Assembly (NCBI GenBank): GCA_036785375.1
Contig: JAWMAR010000153.1
Location: forward strand, 3,844,001 to 3,908,000
Direction of reading: 5' to 3'
Source: Leucoraja ocellata
Taxonomy: Eukaryota
DNA length: 64,000 bases
Shown here: positions 60,990 through 64,000 of the stretch, piece after piece
Layout of the letters: every line of letters starts with the position of its first letter
Numbering within the stretch: the first letter of the stretch is position 1
Notes under the pieces: model-generated
The model's database searches: none
What the model was told of the DNA's origin: nothing
What the model saw: the letters and a program-made list of their open reading frames with translations, nothing else
Made by a program: the position numbers and the translations under genes

Positions 60990-61625
60990 TCATAGAAACA
61001 TAGAAAGATGGGTGCAGGAGTAGGCCATTCGACCCTTTGAGCCAGCAGCACCGTTCAATATGATCATGGCTGATCTTCTAAAATCAGTACTCCATTCCTG
61101 CTTTTTCCCCATATCTCTTAATTACTTTAGCCCTAAGAGCTAAATCTAACTCTCTCTTGAAAACGTCCAGTGAATTGGCCTCCACTGCCTTCTGTGGCAG
61201 AGAACTCTCTGGGTGAAGACGTTTTCATCATCTCAGTCCTGAATGGCCAACCCCTTATGCTTAATCTGTGAGCCCTCGTGCTGGACTCCCCCAACATCGG
61301 GAAAATTTTTCCTGCATCTAGCCTGTCCAATCTTGCAAGAATTTTTTATGTTTCTATAAGATTCCCTCTCATCCTTCTTAATTCCAGTGAATACAAGTCC
61401 AGTCGACCCATCATTTAATCATATGTCAGTCCCGCCATCCAGGGAATTAAGATGGTGAACTTACGCTGCACTCCCTCAATAGCAATAATGTCCTTCCTCA
61501 AATCGGGAGGCCAAAATTGCATACAATACTCCAGGTGCGATCTCACCAGGGCCCTATACAACTGCAGTCAGACCTTCTTGCTCTTAAACACAAATCCTCT
61601 TGCAATGAAGGCCAACATGCCATTA
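60990..61625 (-). mobile_element. CR1 LINE 3' fragment
   Basis: Reverse complement of the same CR1 3' end seen at 27800-28450, with (CATAGAAA) tail repeats. Confidence 0.85.
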
Positions 61626-62058
61626 GTTACCCAATGGGCCTCCCAGAGTTTCCTGCTGGTTCAGTAAAACCCCAGGCCAGAAATTATGAACAACATAAAC
61701 CACAAATTACAGGAGGCCAAACCATGGTAATATTTTCTGTCTGCGGAAGAGGTAGGTGTGGTGTTATTATGATTTGCAGGGGAGGAACAGGGTTTTAAAT
61801 TGCCACTCTGCTTAATATAATTAGTCACAAAGCTATCAGTCATATTGATAAATAGTTCAGAGTGAAATTTTAATGGTAAAATATCCATATTGAGCAAATA
61901 CTACCATCCACTATATTGGCACATTACATTAATGCAAAGATAGATACAACAAGCTGGAGTAACTCAGCGGGTCAGGCAGCATCTCTGGAGAGAAGGAATG
62001 GGTGACGTATTGGGTCAAGACACATGAATGCAATCTCAGCAGAATACCTTCTGTGTTA

Positions 62059-62189
62059 GTGTAGAAAAAAGGAACTGCAGATGCTGGTTTACCAAGGAAA
62101 GACGCAAAATGCTGGAGTAACTCAGTGGGTCAGGCAGCATCCCTGGACAAAATGGACACTGATGCTTTGGGTCGGGACCCTTCTTCAGA
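62059..62189 (-). mobile_element. Penelope-end mini-element with an 11-bp TSD (degenerate hammerhead motif)
   Basis: CTTCTGTGTTA at 62048-62058 and 62190-62200 flanks GGAACTGCAGATGCTGG...CCCTTCTTCAGA. Confidence 0.75.
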
Positions 62190-62435
62190 CTTCTGTGTTA
62201 CTTTGAAATATTTCCTATCATAAGAATGGGAAGAGGTCACAGGTCTATTCAGAGCAGGACAGATTGTTGCAGGAGTGTCTAGGGGAACAAAAGGGACTAT
62301 ATTCTTCTCCTGGTATTAGACATTCCTCCTGGGACACCCTCCCACAGGATCTCAGTGTCACTTACTAGACCTCAGTGCCCTTTCCCCAGTTTTCCTGTAC
62401 CATTACGTGTCAGCCAGAAACTCTATACATTCAAT

Positions 62436-62773
62436 GGGGCAGCACGGTGGCACAGCAGTAGAGTTGCTGCCTTACAGCACCAGAGACCTGGGTTTCGAAC
62501 CTAACTACGGGTGTTGTCTGTGCAGAGTTTGTGCTTTCTTCCTGTGAATGCGTGGGTTTTCTCTGGGTGATCTGGGTTCTCTGGGTGCTCCGGTTTCTTC
62601 CCACACTCCAAAGACGTGCAGGTTTGTAGGTTTATTGGCTTTAATAAAATTGTAAATTGTCCCTCAAATGTAGGATAGTGCTTGTGACTGGGGTGATCGC
62701 TAGTCGGCGTGGACTCAGCCGGCCGAAGGGCCTGTTTCCGCACTGCATCTCTAAAGTCTAAAGTAAAGTAAAG
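62436..62773 (+). mobile_element. tRNA-derived V-SINE with CR1-type tail, near full length
   Basis: A-box TGGCACAGCAGT, B-box GGTTTCGAACC, central V-domain GCGTGGGTTT...CTCCGGTTTCTTCCCACA, tail GGCCGAAGGGCCTGTTTCC plus (TAAAG)n. Other copies at about 2055-2350(-), 4900-5130(-), 5895-6220(-), 12420-12640(-), 18860-19110(+), 20890-21095(-), 38680-38875(-), 42735-43025(-), 57050-57320(-), 59095-59380(-) and 59730-60010(+). Confidence 0.85.
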
Positions 62774-63406
62774 AGAGGGGATGTGTGGAGTCTATGTAAA
62801 GTGATCCCCAGCTATAAATAAAGTGCAAGGGAACTCTGCTGGTCAGGCAGCATCTGTGGAGAGAAATGACAGGCGACATTTCGGGTGAATTTCACTACTG
62901 AAAGTAATAACGTCACAGCCACCAAAACATCCCTTATTTCAAGCTCAAGTTCAAGTTTGCATTTATTGTCACTTAACCCATTAATGTACGGTGAAATTTG
63001 AGTTACTATACAGCCACACTAAGTGAAAAGAACACAATACTCACATAAAATAAAATTTAACATAAACATCCACCACAGTGGAATCAACATTCCTCACTGT
63101 GATGGAAGGCGATATTTAAAACATACTTAAAATAATAACAACAGGGAAGGAACGTGACAGACTGCTGGCGAGGCAGCGATTGCTGGCGCCACCTGGTGCA
63201 TGGAACTGCATGATAGAATCAAGCCCCAGAGTGAAACAGTTTTACAGTACAGTTTTACAGTACAGCATTGTATGTAGCATGTTAAATATTTGGCAATATT
63301 TCAAAGCATTTGGTTTAGAATGCTGGCCAAATTTAACATGTTCATGCTATAATTGCTTTATTGCTATACATCAGTTAGAGAAAACTGGGTGGTGAAAGAG
63401 TTTAAT

Positions 63407-64000
63407 TGAAGGCAATATCTCCAAGTTTGCGGATGACACTAAGCTGGGGGGCAGTGTTAGCTGTGAGGGGGATGCTAGGAGACTGCAAGGTGACTTGGAT
63501 AGGCTGGGTGAGTGGGCAAATGTTTGGCAGGTGCAGTATAATGTGGATAAATGTGAGGTTATCCATTTTGGTGGCAAAAACGGGAAAGCAGACTATTATC
63601 TAAATGGTGGCCGATTGGGAAAGGGGGAGATGCAGTGAGACCTGGGTGTCATGGTACACCAGTCATTGAAGGTAGGCATGCAGGTGCAGCAGGCAGTAAA
63701 GAAAGCGAATGGTATGTTAGCTTTCATTGCAAAAGGATTTGAGTATAGGAGCAGGGAGGTTCTACTGCAGTTGTACAGGGTCTTGGTGAGACCACACCTG
63801 GAGTATTGCGTACAGTTTTGGTCTCCAAATCTGAGGAAGGACATTATTGCCATAGAGGGAGTGCAGAGAAGGTTCACCAGACTGATTCCTGGGATGTCAG
63901 GACTGTCTTATGAAGAAAGACTGGATAGACTTGGTTTATACTCTCTAGAATTTAGGAGATTGAGAGGGGATCTTATAGAAACTTACAAAATTCTTAAGGG
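63407..64000 (+). mobile_element. CR1 LINE RT fragment (continues past the window)
   Basis: [12 protein letters not shown] and LVRPHLEYCVQFWSP; one in-frame TGA near 63636. Confidence 0.9.

Noticed and set aside
62436-62510. tRNA-like A/B boxes
   Set aside because: This is the head of a V-SINE; no complete cloverleaf, and many degenerate copies occur in the window.

Overview
This is eukaryotic (vertebrate) genomic DNA; the repeat content (V-SINEs, CR1, Rex1/Babar, Penelope) suggests a cartilaginous fish, probably a skate or ray (inference). Three + strand genes lie in the same order and orientation as on human Xq11: the last five coding exons of MTMR8, the two-coding-exon ASB12, and AMER1/WTX with a single coding exon and a probable CpG-island first exon about 12 kb upstream. 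Introns and intergenic DNA are packed with transposable elements: two Penelope-like elements, a 5'-truncated Rex1/Babar with an open RT frame, an L1 3' end with a TSD, many CR1 fragments and tRNA-derived V-SINEs, and a full-length decayed Tc1 (DD34E). The most notable observations are: (1) minimal hammerhead-ribozyme motifs at the Penelope ends, also carried by many 90-190 bp TSD-flanked mini-elements that are often palindromic; (2) both long Penelope copies inserted at almost the same position of the same V-SINE family; (3) an orphan, decayed FAM110 C-terminal gene fragment embedded in transposon-like sequence; (4) CAAAGAT-ended palindromes around the AMER1 promoter; (5) AMER1 apparently lacking the mammalian internal splice sites, the KEAP1 ETGE motif and the REA repeats. 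All calls were made by eye without database searches, and repeat boundaries are approximate.
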